Source: a virus (taxonomy: Duplodnaviria > Caudoviricetes). From it: a DNA stretch of 36,573 nucleotides. The notes under the pieces were generated by a model. That model had not been told where the DNA came from, did not search any database, and was given only the letters and a program-made list of their open reading frames with translations. Positions 1-8,105 of the stretch are shown in pieces. The stretch spans positions 1 to 36,573 of the IMG/VR virus record IMGVR_UViG_3300003375_000071; one strand, written 5' to 3'. The number at the start of each line of letters is the position of its first letter. Within the stretch, counting starts at the first letter, position 1. The translations under genes were made by a program, and so were the position numbers.

Positions 1-120
1 AAGCCAGTGCCGACATTTGCGCTGAAATGGCTCGCGATGTTTTGGAACAAGCCGAGGGTACAAAGGAGGAGATCATGCGCGCTCGTGAATTGTCACAATA
101 TTATAAGTGGAAGGCTGCCA
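1..120. repeat. Terminal direct repeat, copy 1 (circular assembly overlap)
   Basis: 1-120 equals 36454-36573 except T59 vs G36512 (synonymous Gly codon in terS). Confidence 0.97.
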
Positions 121-278
121 AACTTGCGCCAAAACAATACGGTGATAAACTCGATGTCACTACCGATGGGGAGAAGATTAACGCGACTGTGCCAAACATT
201 GTGGTGAATACTGCCTGCAAAACTGCGTTTGCTTCGAGTGAGAACGATGTAGATTCAGAGAAGAAAGGACAAGCCTAA
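1..278 (+). CDS. terS: Terminase small subunit, 3' part (gene starts at 36249 and crosses the origin)
   Basis: In frame with the ORF from ATG 36249; C-terminal YKWKAAKLAPKQYGDKLDVT matches the Sf6-like TerS KW..SKL.PK.YGDK pattern; adjacent to terL. Confidence 0.85.
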   Translation, partial: ASADICAEMARDVLEQAEGTKEEIMRARELSQYYKWKAAKLAPKQYGDKLDVTTDGEKINATVPNIVVNTACKTAFASSENDVDSEKKGQA

Positions 279-1408
279 GACCTATAGAAGTGGGTGTAAA
301 CTCCATACCGGATTGAATCCATCAAATGGTTGTACTGATCTATTGGGGTGTTGAGTGATTTGCCTGTCAAAGGATCCTTGGCCCACATATATTTTGTTTT
401 CTCAATATGTAGGTTCTTGCTCGATGCGGTGTAGAACACATTATGTTCGTGAAGCTTTAATATTCCGGCATTGATAGATCCCTGACCTTTCCGAGCAGCA
501 TAAACCCGAAGTCCTAACCTATTTAGTTGCGCCACCATGTCAGGGTCATGCTCTGAGTAAATGTTTTGAGTAGTCGAATAGCCATTGGCTAAAAACATTT
601 GCTTCAACTGGATAGGTGCTATACCTGGTGTGTAACATAATTCATGAACGTAAAGGTTATTGGCAACCCGACACAATTTAACTGCTGCTGTAGGGTCGTT
701 AGTATATCCAAAGTCTAAACCATAAAAACAAGGCTCTTGCTTGGGCCACAAACTATCGTCAATCATCTGCCAATTGGGGAAAATCAACCCCTGTACGTTA
801 CCTGTCAACCCTCTTGCATAAACCTTCCACAACTCCACATCCTTGATACCCTCAATCTCCTTGTGCTGCTCATCGCTTAAGAATGGATTATGCCTATGGT
901 CCGATATGTTCAGTTCCACACCCGGCTGACCTATTACCGATTCATGCGCCCAAAACTGCGCAGTAGGGTTGTAGTCAAGTATCGTTTTTTTCCTCGTTCT
1001 GATGTTAAGTTGCCAATACATCAGGTAAGGAATGCCATTCGCCTCGTTGATAAATAGGTAGTCACGCTTTCCGCTCTTTGCATCTTGCTCCGAATCGTAA
1101 CTGGTGAATTCAATTAGCGACCCGTTGTTAAAAAGTATTGTCCTGTCTGATCTGTTCCAAAAGCGAACGAAAGTCCTGAGAGAATCCGAACCATTAAATA
1201 TTGTCTCAGCGTCACGCAATGCACCCTTTTTTAAGTTGGGGATGTCCTGACCTACAACTGTAATGACTGAGCCGGGCTCCTGAATGGCCTTATAGTATAA
1301 CCATTGTATTGTGGAATAGGTCTTGCCACTCGATGTTCCTCCCTGCAGCACGGTAATTCGTGCCGTGGATTCATTCAAGAACATAAATAAGGGAGAGGTA
1401 TCAAACAT
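275..1408 (-). CDS. terL: Terminase large subunit (PBSX-like family)
   Basis: Walker A QGGTSSGKT, Walker B LFINEA, DYNP coupling motif, nuclease GLDFGYTNDPT and C-terminal NHLMDSIRY. Confidence 0.95.
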   Translation of the reverse strand: MFDTSPLFMFLNESTARITVLQGGTSSGKTYSTIQWLYYKAIQEPGSVITVVGQDIPNLKKGALRDAETIFNGSDSLRTFVRFWNRSDRTILFNNGSLIEFTSYDSEQDAKSGKRDYLFINEANGIPYLMYWQLNIRTRKKTILDYNPTAQFWAHESVIGQPGVELNISDHRHNPFLSDEQHKEIEGIKDVELWKVYARGLTGNVQGLIFPNWQMIDDSLWPKQEPCFYGLDFGYTNDPTAAVKLCRVANNLYVHELCYTPGIAPIQLKQMFLANGYSTTQNIYSEHDPDMVAQLNRLGLRVYAARKGQGSINAGILKLHEHNVFYTASSKNLHIEKTKYMWAKDPLTGKSLNTPIDQYNHLMDSIRYGVYTHFYRS

Positions 1409-1423
1409 AGTGGTCAGTTATCG

Positions 1424-2686
1424 TTAGAAGTCAGCTGAACCCAATCCCAATTCCCTTTCGAGAATCTTGATTGCTTGCTTCTTATCTAAAATACCGCCTT
1501 CCACCGCCTGAGTTAATGAGGCCACTATAGATTCAATTGCCTGCATGCCTTTCAACTTGTTCTCTTTCAGGATGCTCAAATGCTCAAAAGAACACATCAA
1601 CTCCTCGTTAGGCTTCAATCCAAGAAATGGCGTAAGGGATTGTACAAACTTCTCAGCTTGAGGTATAATAGTATCTTGATAAGTTTGAACGATACCGGCC
1701 CGAAGATTTTCATAGGTCGTGTTGGTGAGGAATATTTGTGGGTTAATAGCATACGCATTACAAATAGCCACCAAATTGGCGTTTCTATCCTCAATGATCA
1801 ACAGATCCTTTGAAGGTATAACCATGCTTTGAAACTTCACAGCTGTGTTAGAAAGCACAATCTTACGTTGGTGAGGTGAAATACCATAGTCTTGGGTGTA
1901 CTGCTCCTCCATCTGCTTTCTATCCTCCGGAGATAGGTTGGTAGGTCCGAAACCTTCTTTGCCAGGTTCAGGAGATATAAGACCTAATGCACCTCCATGG
2001 TTGTAGATGGCATTGGTACGCTCATAACCTGCCTTAGTATTGCTCAATGGCCATTGAAGCGAAGCAATTGGAGACTTACCAATAATAGGGTTGTTGATGT
2101 CATTAATCCTGGTAAACATCACCTCGGAAGTTGGTAAAGTCATTCCCTTATCCATAAAAGTCATTCCACCTACAGATAGGGTATTGATGAAATGAAAGTA
2201 TTGTACTATCCCTTCAATGCTGATTTGGTCGAATATCTTACCAGTTAAGTAAGGTTGAAGGTTGAATGCTGATATGTTCCAAAGGGCCATCGGTGTTTCT
2301 TTGCTTTTAACCTTATTTCTGTACATGAATTGATTGCCATATACGAGAAGTTGCTGCCGATATTCAATAAGCCATTGGTTCTGCGAGGCTAAACAATTTG
2401 GGTTATCAAGCAGTGGCAAAACAGGGTGATTTTCAATTATTTCCTTGGAAATCTTATCCCTAACGTAAATCTTCATGTTCGAGAACATCGAAGCATCGCG
2501 ATCAATAACCGCCCGCAGTTCGGGTATGGTCATATACAACTCATAAAGGTTGACAATTGGAATCCATATAGGACCCTGTTGACCCAAAAGGTAAGAGTTG
2601 CTAAAAATGTTATTCCTTGAAAAAAGGCTTTGAAGGAATTTTGGTATAAACTTGTTCAGGTTGAGTGTAGTGTCGAGTGAAGCCAT
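1424..2686 (-). CDS. Portal protein (HK97-like family)
   Basis: 420 aa; LLDNPN..Q, LLVYGN.F, GKSPIASL and ICNAYAINP motifs typical of HK97-type portals; next to terL and prohead protease. Confidence 0.9.
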   Translation of the reverse strand: MASLDTTLNLNKFIPKFLQSLFSRNNIFSNSYLLGQQGPIWIPIVNLYELYMTIPELRAVIDRDASMFSNMKIYVRDKISKEIIENHPVLPLLDNPNCLASQNQWLIEYRQQLLVYGNQFMYRNKVKSKETPMALWNISAFNLQPYLTGKIFDQISIEGIVQYFHFINTLSVGGMTFMDKGMTLPTSEVMFTRINDINNPIIGKSPIASLQWPLSNTKAGYERTNAIYNHGGALGLISPEPGKEGFGPTNLSPEDRKQMEEQYTQDYGISPHQRKIVLSNTAVKFQSMVIPSKDLLIIEDRNANLVAICNAYAINPQIFLTNTTYENLRAGIVQTYQDTIIPQAEKFVQSLTPFLGLKPNEELMCSFEHLSILKENKLKGMQAIESIVASLTQAVEGGILDKKQAIKILERELGLGSADF

Positions 2687-2725
2687 TTTAGGAACCCTTT
2701 CTGTAGGTTAACAAAAAATATTTCT

Positions 2726-2733
2726 CAAATGTA
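2726..2733 (-). promoter_or_regulatory. Putative Bacteroidota -7 promoter element for the portal-terL transcript
   Basis: Minus strand reads TACATTTG (TAnnTTTG consensus), ~40 nt upstream of the portal ATG. Confidence 0.6.
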
Positions 2734-2742
2734 ATTATATTC

Positions 2743-2779
2743 TGTAACAAATTATTTTACATTTGTAACGTTACTTTTG
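2743..2779 (+). promoter_or_regulatory. Late-promoter motif copy 1: TGTAA-N9-TTACA fused to TACATTTG
   Basis: TGTAACAAATTATTTTACA (2743-2761) then TTTGT; also palindrome GTAACGTTAC 2765-2774 and a second TACTTTTG 2772-2779; upstream of protease and capsid genes. Confidence 0.75.
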
Positions 2780-2809
2780 TTTATTGCATAAGAAGCAATC
2801 ACAAAAAAC

Positions 2810-3556
2810 ATGAAAGAGACGATATATAAGTCATGCAGTTTGTCCATTAAGGACAAGGATTTGTCAAAGGGTATAGTTCAATTCTATGCTTCTACCTTTG
2901 GCACATCACCAAAGGACATGGATTCTGATGGGGACATCGTGATGCCAGGTGCATTCGCTAAGACCCTTAAGGAAAACAAAGGCAGACTAAAGCACCTCTA
3001 CAACCATTGGAAGACCATCGGCACAGTTAAAGAGGCTGTTGAGGACGAAAAAGGGCTATTGATCACCTCTCAACTTGCAAAAGACAAAGCAGGAAACTTT
3101 TCTTCTGCTGCCAACGATGCGCGCATAGAATACGAAGCAGGCGTTATCACGGAACACTCCATGGGATTTCGCATTGTTAAATCAGACTTCATGGAAGACC
3201 CTGACAATGAGAACGTGAAATGTCAAGCGATTAAAGAAATTCGCCTTTGGGAAGTATCGAGCCTTGATAAGTGGGGTGCAAATGCCAACACTCCTACCGT
3301 TGGGATGAAGTCTTTAAACCACTCTAACGTAAAATCGCTCATTGACGAACTTGATGCGCTTAACAAAGCCATCGTTAAAAAATCGAGATATACTGAGCAA
3401 GAGATAATCAAATTGCTCAACAGATCCACTCGAATAAAGAGACACCTAAAATCACTCCAAGGGAAAGCGAAGCCGGGTAAAACCACTTCGGTGAAATCGG
3501 AGCCGATCAGTAGCATAGATTACAACTTTCTTTTGGACAACCTGAAAAAACCTTAA
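2810..3556 (+). CDS. Prohead protease (HK97 family)
   Basis: DSDGDIVMPGAF..TL, HLYNH, EDEKGL, HSMGF and IKEIRLWEVS motifs; precedes the capsid gene. Confidence 0.93.
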   Translation: MKETIYKSCSLSIKDKDLSKGIVQFYASTFGTSPKDMDSDGDIVMPGAFAKTLKENKGRLKHLYNHWKTIGTVKEAVEDEKGLLITSQLAKDKAGNFSSAANDARIEYEAGVITEHSMGFRIVKSDFMEDPDNENVKCQAIKEIRLWEVSSLDKWGANANTPTVGMKSLNHSNVKSLIDELDALNKAIVKKSRYTEQEIIKLLNRSTRIKRHLKSLQGKAKPGKTTSVKSEPISSIDYNFLLDNLKKP

Positions 3557-3558
3557 AA

Positions 3559-4878
3559 ATGAAAAAGAAAACATTTCCTGCCTCATGGTTAGGCACCAAA
3601 GTAACCGCCCAACACGAATTTAATCGTGCTTATCGCACTGAGGGTGAAGAAGCAAAGAAACAAGCTGAATTGCTTGCTAAAGTAAAAGAAGCTGGAGCAG
3701 AAGGCTTTAAAGAGAAAGCTGCTGAGTTAGCTTCTAAACTTACTGCTTTGGAGGCAAAAGATGCAGAAGCGAGCAAATTGGTTGAAGCATTGAAAAACAA
3801 TTTGGCTTTAGTTGAAGCTGAGTTGAAAGCCTTTAAAGAAAAAGGTGGTGAGTTAAGCCCATTGGCTAAGTCAATCAAGTCTCAAATCACCGAGCAACTT
3901 GAAGCTAAAAAAGCTGATTGGGAAAACTTCAAGTCAAAAACCTCTAATGGTTTTGGTTTGAAAATCAAGGCTGCATCAAACATGTTGGAATCTTCTAACA
4001 TCAATTCGGTTGGTGCAACCAACTCTTATATTCCAAAACCTGACATCCGTCCTGGTTACATTGATTTGGTTCGTAACCTTCCATTGATCGAGCAATACGC
4101 TAATGGTGGTGCGACTTCATCTGCTTTGATGGTTTGGGTTGACAAGTACAACGCACAAGGAACTGCTGCTGCAACTGCGGAAGGTGTTTCTTTGCCTCTT
4201 GTGTCTGCTGCCATTAAAACCGAAACTACCCAAGCGGTATTAGAAGGTGCATACATCACCGTGTCATTGCAAATGTTGAACGACATCGACTTCATGGCAG
4301 CCATGATCGAGCAAGAGTTGATGTACAAGGTTAACATCCAAGTGGATAACGACCTTTTGAGTGCAACTGGTGGCGCAAATGCCTTGAATGGTATCTTGAA
4401 CTACGCAGTAGCATTTACTTCAACTGCTATCGCAACATCAAATCCAAACAACTTTGATGCTATCCGCGCGGTGATTGGTCAACAACGTTCATTGAACTTC
4501 TACCCAACTCATGTGTTCATCAACCCAATTGATGCTGCTAACATGGATGTGGTGAAAGATTTGTACGGTCGCCCAATTGCGCAAGAGTACAAACAAATAG
4601 GTGCTGATGGTCAAGAAACCATCTTCGGTTTGAAAAAAGTTGAATCTCCTCAAATCGCTGCCGGCACTTTCTTGGTAGCTGACATGAGCAAGTTCTTTGT
4701 ATTCAACTACGAAGCATTTGAGATTCAATACGGTTGGGTGAATGATAATTTGATCAAAAACTTGATCACCATCACCGGCCAACGTCGTTTGCACTCATTC
4801 GCTTCATTGAATCATCTGAATGCGTTTGTGACTGGTTCTTTTGCAACAGTTAAGGCTGCCATAGCACCTGCTCCATAA
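3559..4878 (+). CDS. Major capsid protein (HK97 fold, N-terminal coiled-coil delta domain)
   Basis: 439 aa; helical Ala/Glu/Lys-rich N-terminus, AEG...P, S.QML.D, INP.D....D..GR, G.FLVAD patterns; strong codon bias. Confidence 0.93.
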   Translation: MKKKTFPASWLGTKVTAQHEFNRAYRTEGEEAKKQAELLAKVKEAGAEGFKEKAAELASKLTALEAKDAEASKLVEALKNNLALVEAELKAFKEKGGELSPLAKSIKSQITEQLEAKKADWENFKSKTSNGFGLKIKAASNMLESSNINSVGATNSYIPKPDIRPGYIDLVRNLPLIEQYANGGATSSALMVWVDKYNAQGTAAATAEGVSLPLVSAAIKTETTQAVLEGAYITVSLQMLNDIDFMAAMIEQELMYKVNIQVDNDLLSATGGANALNGILNYAVAFTSTAIATSNPNNFDAIRAVIGQQRSLNFYPTHVFINPIDAANMDVVKDLYGRPIAQEYKQIGADGQETIFGLKKVESPQIAAGTFLVADMSKFFVFNYEAFEIQYGWVNDNLIKNLITITGQRRLHSFASLNHLNAFVTGSFATVKAAIAPAP

Positions 4879-4886
4879 TCGAATAG

Positions 4887-4912
4887 GGGAGGCTAAAAAC
4901 CTCCCTTTTTTT
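4887..4912 (+). terminator. Intrinsic terminator after the capsid gene
   Basis: GGGAGG-ctaaaaa-CCTCCC followed by T7. Confidence 0.85.
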
Positions 4913-4950
4913 ACCAATAAACTAATCAATAACCTTAATAATTAATCAAA

Positions 4951-5244
4951 ATGGCAAAAGAAATCAATCCCGAAAACGAAGCACAGTTGAAAAAAAACAA
5001 TGTTGTAGAGGTAATCAATGGTCGTGACCTTGACGAGTTTACCTGGACTGCTGCTGCTGCTGACTACTTTGGAACAAAAGGCCAAAATGGTAAGACTGTT
5101 TCGCCTTCTATTCAGCACAAGGAAGGTAAAGTTGACTATGGTCATCCAATCGTAGTTGATAAGTTTGAAGCTGCTGGATGGGCAAAGCGTACCGGAAAAG
5201 AAATCCGTAAGCCTATGCCTGAGCCCGAAGCTACAGACAAATAA
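4951..5244 (+). CDS. Hypothetical head-associated protein
   Basis: 97-aa ORF with A-rich leader directly after the capsid gene; function from position only. Confidence 0.7.
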   Translation: MAKEINPENEAQLKKNNVVEVINGRDLDEFTWTAAAADYFGTKGQNGKTVSPSIQHKEGKVDYGHPIVVDKFEAAGWAKRTGKEIRKPMPEPEATDK

Positions 5245-5279
5245 AATTTTGAACCAACCATTAAAAATCTAAAAAGCCA

Positions 5280-6113
5280 ATGAAAAAGCTATTTTCTTTC
5301 TCGCTAATTGCCCTGTTGTTTATTTCTTTAAAATCCGTAGGTCAGAATAACACGAAAGGTTATTTCACCAGTACCTATGGTAACTATACCGATACCATCA
5401 CCAATACAGGCAATAACTCGGTGTCAGTTCATTCTCAACATTTTGGAAGTACCGTTACTATCCAAGCAGTTTTGACCAAGATAAGCGGTACACTCGCTTA
5501 TTCTGCATCACCAATTCAGTTGCAAGCTTCATTGGATGGTACCAATTGGTTCAACTTAGCAGGCGATAGTATTCACGTTGTTGATGGTGCTTCTGTATCA
5601 GGGATATTTGTCTTGAAGAATAACCCTTACAGCTACTATAGATTGACCTACACTGGTGCCGGAACGATGTCTGCAACTTTGTCGGGAACAATTTGGATAG
5701 ATGCACCAAGCGGATTGACTGTTGGTATTTACCATCCATTGTCAACTTATGGTAATACCTCAGACACAATAACCAATACTGCAACTAATTACTTGGTTCA
5801 GCGTGTACAAGGTTCATATAAGACTGTTACCATTCAGCCAATAGTTGCCAAGATAAGCGGAACGCCTGCAGGAACCATAACCTTGCAAGGATCTGTTGAT
5901 GGGATCAACTACTCTACTGTCTCAACAGCATATCTTTCCAATTTGGGAAACTATGGTAGTGGAGGAGCAGCGACATATTCGGTGACCAATACAACCACTC
6001 AATCAACTGGCTTTGTGGTTATCGGAAATCCATATCAATATTACAGATTAGCTTATGCCGGGTCAGGTACGATGTCATGCACGTTATCGGCAAACGTACT
6101 ACCAAGTAGGTAA
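5280..6113 (+). CDS. Signal-peptide-bearing protein with two tandem beta-rich repeats (putative capsid decoration protein)
   Basis: MKKLFSFSLIALLFISLKSVG|Q leader; internal duplication STYGN..DTITNT...TVTIQ....KISGT...LQ.S.DG.N[WY]...NPY.YYRL.Y.G.GTMS.TLS. Confidence 0.7.
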   Translation: MKKLFSFSLIALLFISLKSVGQNNTKGYFTSTYGNYTDTITNTGNNSVSVHSQHFGSTVTIQAVLTKISGTLAYSASPIQLQASLDGTNWFNLAGDSIHVVDGASVSGIFVLKNNPYSYYRLTYTGAGTMSATLSGTIWIDAPSGLTVGIYHPLSTYGNTSDTITNTATNYLVQRVQGSYKTVTIQPIVAKISGTPAGTITLQGSVDGINYSTVSTAYLSNLGNYGSGGAATYSVTNTTTQSTGFVVIGNPYQYYRLAYAGSGTMSCTLSANVLPSR

Positions 6114-6118
6114 TAATA

Positions 6119-6187
6119 ACGGAGGGCAACGTCCCTATAGCAATATAGGGGAGGTGTTCGTGGCATTTCGATTTATGCGCCCTCTGT
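6119..6187 (+). ncRNA. Candidate structured RNA element (tRNA-like multibranch fold)
   Basis: ACGGAGGGC/GCCCTCTGT closing stem, CCCTATA-GCAA-TATAGGG GNRA hairpin, GCAT-TTCGATTT-ATGC T-loop-like hairpin. Confidence 0.45.
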
Positions 6188-6209
6188 CAATGGGTAAAAA
6201 CAAAAAGCA

Positions 6210-6731
6210 ATGGGCGTATTAATTTCATCAGCAAATTTTACAGGCAAATGGGCTATTCCTAATCAGTCTTTTGGTGTTCTTGACCAATGGATCAATGATC
6301 GCGAGGAGGATTATCTTAATGGCCTATTGGGAGCTGCCATGTATGCTGACTTCAAGTCCACTTTGACAGGTTCACCGCAAGCACCGCCGCCTACTTCTGT
6401 AGGTTATTACGCGGTTTATAACCCTTTTGCAGTGGATTACGGATCAAAAATTTACAAATCTAAAGGGCTTGTTAAAATGCTCATGGGCTTTATCTTCTTT
6501 GATTACATGAAGGAGTTGAGGTTTAAAAACACTCAAAATGGTCAGGAAGTAGCCAAATTGGACACTGGCAATACTGTGCAAGTGGGAAATCTTTATAGCT
6601 ATTTGAACGAGGCCACAAATACCTATCAGGCTATTCAGGCCTATATCCAAAACATTCACCCGGAGCAGTTCAGCACGACCATTGAGTTCAATGGTCAGTA
6701 TAAAAGTGTGGGTATTTCAATATTTGGCTAA
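6210..6731 (+). CDS. Putative head-tail adaptor
   Basis: 173 aa, E..YL..LLG...Y..F pattern, located between head and tail genes. Confidence 0.6.
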   Translation: MGVLISSANFTGKWAIPNQSFGVLDQWINDREEDYLNGLLGAAMYADFKSTLTGSPQAPPPTSVGYYAVYNPFAVDYGSKIYKSKGLVKMLMGFIFFDYMKELRFKNTQNGQEVAKLDTGNTVQVGNLYSYLNEATNTYQAIQAYIQNIHPEQFSTTIEFNGQYKSVGISIFG

Positions 6732-7486
6732 TGAACTTGGAAGTAAGCAAATCTACCTACGAACTTTTGCAGCCAATAATCAATCAGATTAATGGCACTT
6801 GCAATATTACCGCAGTTCAGTCCAATGCTGATGGATCCTTCACCCTTTCGATTTGTAACACCCTTTGGGCCACCAATGGATTTATTGTTTCCATGCAGGG
6901 AAATCAATACACCATCGTTTCTTTCGTCCCAAATCAATCTATTACCGTTTTACCCTTAATAAGCGGAAATACCCCTACAATAGGCTCATTTACCCTTTAC
7001 GCTCCTAAATTCTACCATGGCACTATCAATGCCACCCAAACCGACCTGTCGGTACCTGATGACACTTTCAATCGGGTAAATTACCTCGATAAATTACCTA
7101 TGATTTGGCTGCATGAGCCTATTGACGAAACCAACAACACCTTAGCTAAACTGAGCCCTATAGCAAGGCAAGTGGCGTGTGAGCTTTGGTTCTTAGTGGA
7201 CTATGACTTCACGCAAAGCAATGCCAACCATTACCAATATGCCATTAAGCCAATGAGAAACCTCATTGCAGCGTTTTATGAAGCATTAAAGTATAGCGGT
7301 GCTGTTGATGACAACCTTATTACAAATTTCATCACCACTGATACCCCATTGTTTGGTCGATATTCGGCCAGTGGCAGTAAAGGCAAGGATGTATCGGTTC
7401 AGATTTTTAATTCATTCGAGCTTTCTGGTACAAAATTGCAAATCACCGTTCCATTCTTAAGGTCCTATCTCAGCAATTGTTGTTAA
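6731..7486 (+). CDS. Putative neck/tail-completion structural protein
   Basis: 251 aa, stop/start overlap with the upstream gene; position in the neck module. Confidence 0.55.
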   Translation: MNLEVSKSTYELLQPIINQINGTCNITAVQSNADGSFTLSICNTLWATNGFIVSMQGNQYTIVSFVPNQSITVLPLISGNTPTIGSFTLYAPKFYHGTINATQTDLSVPDDTFNRVNYLDKLPMIWLHEPIDETNNTLAKLSPIARQVACELWFLVDYDFTQSNANHYQYAIKPMRNLIAAFYEALKYSGAVDDNLITNFITTDTPLFGRYSASGSKGKDVSVQIFNSFELSGTKLQITVPFLRSYLSNCC

Positions 7487-7504
7487 TTAATAACCCAATA
7501 TAAG

Positions 7505-7702
7505 ATGAAAAAAGGAAAAGTAAAGTTTTACAATGCTACTAAAGGTTACGGATTTATTATTGACCGAGAAAGCGGTAGCGACATTTTTGTTCATGCAACT
7601 GGCCTTTCAGTAAATCACATCCAAAAGGACGATGAGGTTTCCTTTGAAATTACTGATGGTAAAAAAGGAAAAAGCGCTACAAATGTACAAATCATTGAAT
7701 AA
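7505..7702 (+). CDS. csp: Cold-shock domain protein (CspA family RNA chaperone)
   Basis: GKVKFYN..KGYGFI (RNP1), DIFVHAT (RNP2), V.FEI..GKKG..A.NV; 65 aa. Confidence 0.96.
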   Translation: MKKGKVKFYNATKGYGFIIDRESGSDIFVHATGLSVNHIQKDDEVSFEITDGKKGKSATNVQIIE

Positions 7703-7703
7703 T

Positions 7704-7754
7704 ATGGACCCAAAGCCAAGGCCATGCACCGGCTGTGGTAAACCAAGACAATAA
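7704..7754 (+). CDS. Putative 16-aa CxxC micropeptide MDPKPRPCTGCGKPRQ
   Basis: ATG 1 nt after the csp stop and TAA 4 nt before the next ATG; fills the gap exactly; below the ORF-track cutoff. Confidence 0.45.
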   Translation: MDPKPRPCTGCGKPRQ

Positions 7755-7758
7755 AACT

Positions 7759-8040
7759 ATGGAACACGCTATTGTTTGTTCGCTGATCGCCTGCGGTTTT
7801 GCGCTATTATTCGATTATTCCATGTGGCAAGGTAATATACTTGAATGGTATTTTGACCTGGTGAAAGGAAGGCCAATTGAAAAGGTCGTAGGTTTATGCC
7901 TACCATGCACTTACTTTTGGTGGAGTTGGATCTACGTAATCTGTGACTTAAACTTCAAAAACTACCTTGTCTTCTTGTTTTTTGGAGAACTCATTTTGGT
8001 ATTCTATACCCTGATAAAATTAATTGCTTCAAAAAATTAA
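7759..8040 (+). CDS. Small membrane protein with CxxC (DUF1360-like)
   Basis: Hydrophobic segments plus GLCLPCTYFW resembling the DUF1360 L.C..C...W motif; ATG 7759 preferred over GTG 7735. Confidence 0.6.
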   Translation: MEHAIVCSLIACGFALLFDYSMWQGNILEWYFDLVKGRPIEKVVGLCLPCTYFWWSWIYVICDLNFKNYLVFLFFGELILVFYTLIKLIASKN

Positions 8041-8042
8041 AG

Positions 8043-8066
8043 TGTAACATTTTATTTTACATTTGT
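8043..8066 (+). promoter_or_regulatory. Late-promoter motif copy 2
   Basis: TGTAACATTTTATTTTACA-TTTGT upstream of the major tail gene. Confidence 0.75.
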
Positions 8067-8105
8067 ACTACTGCGTCTTTGTTTTATAACTAAAAACCTG
8101 ACCAA

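Noticed and set aside
1-120. Biological direct terminal repeat
   Set aside because: It falls mid-gene and is the size of an assembly overlap; treated as circularity, not a packaged DTR.
6119-6187. Functional tRNA or intrinsic terminator
   Set aside because: No anticodon arm or canonical T-stem and no U-tract; kept only as a structured-RNA candidate.
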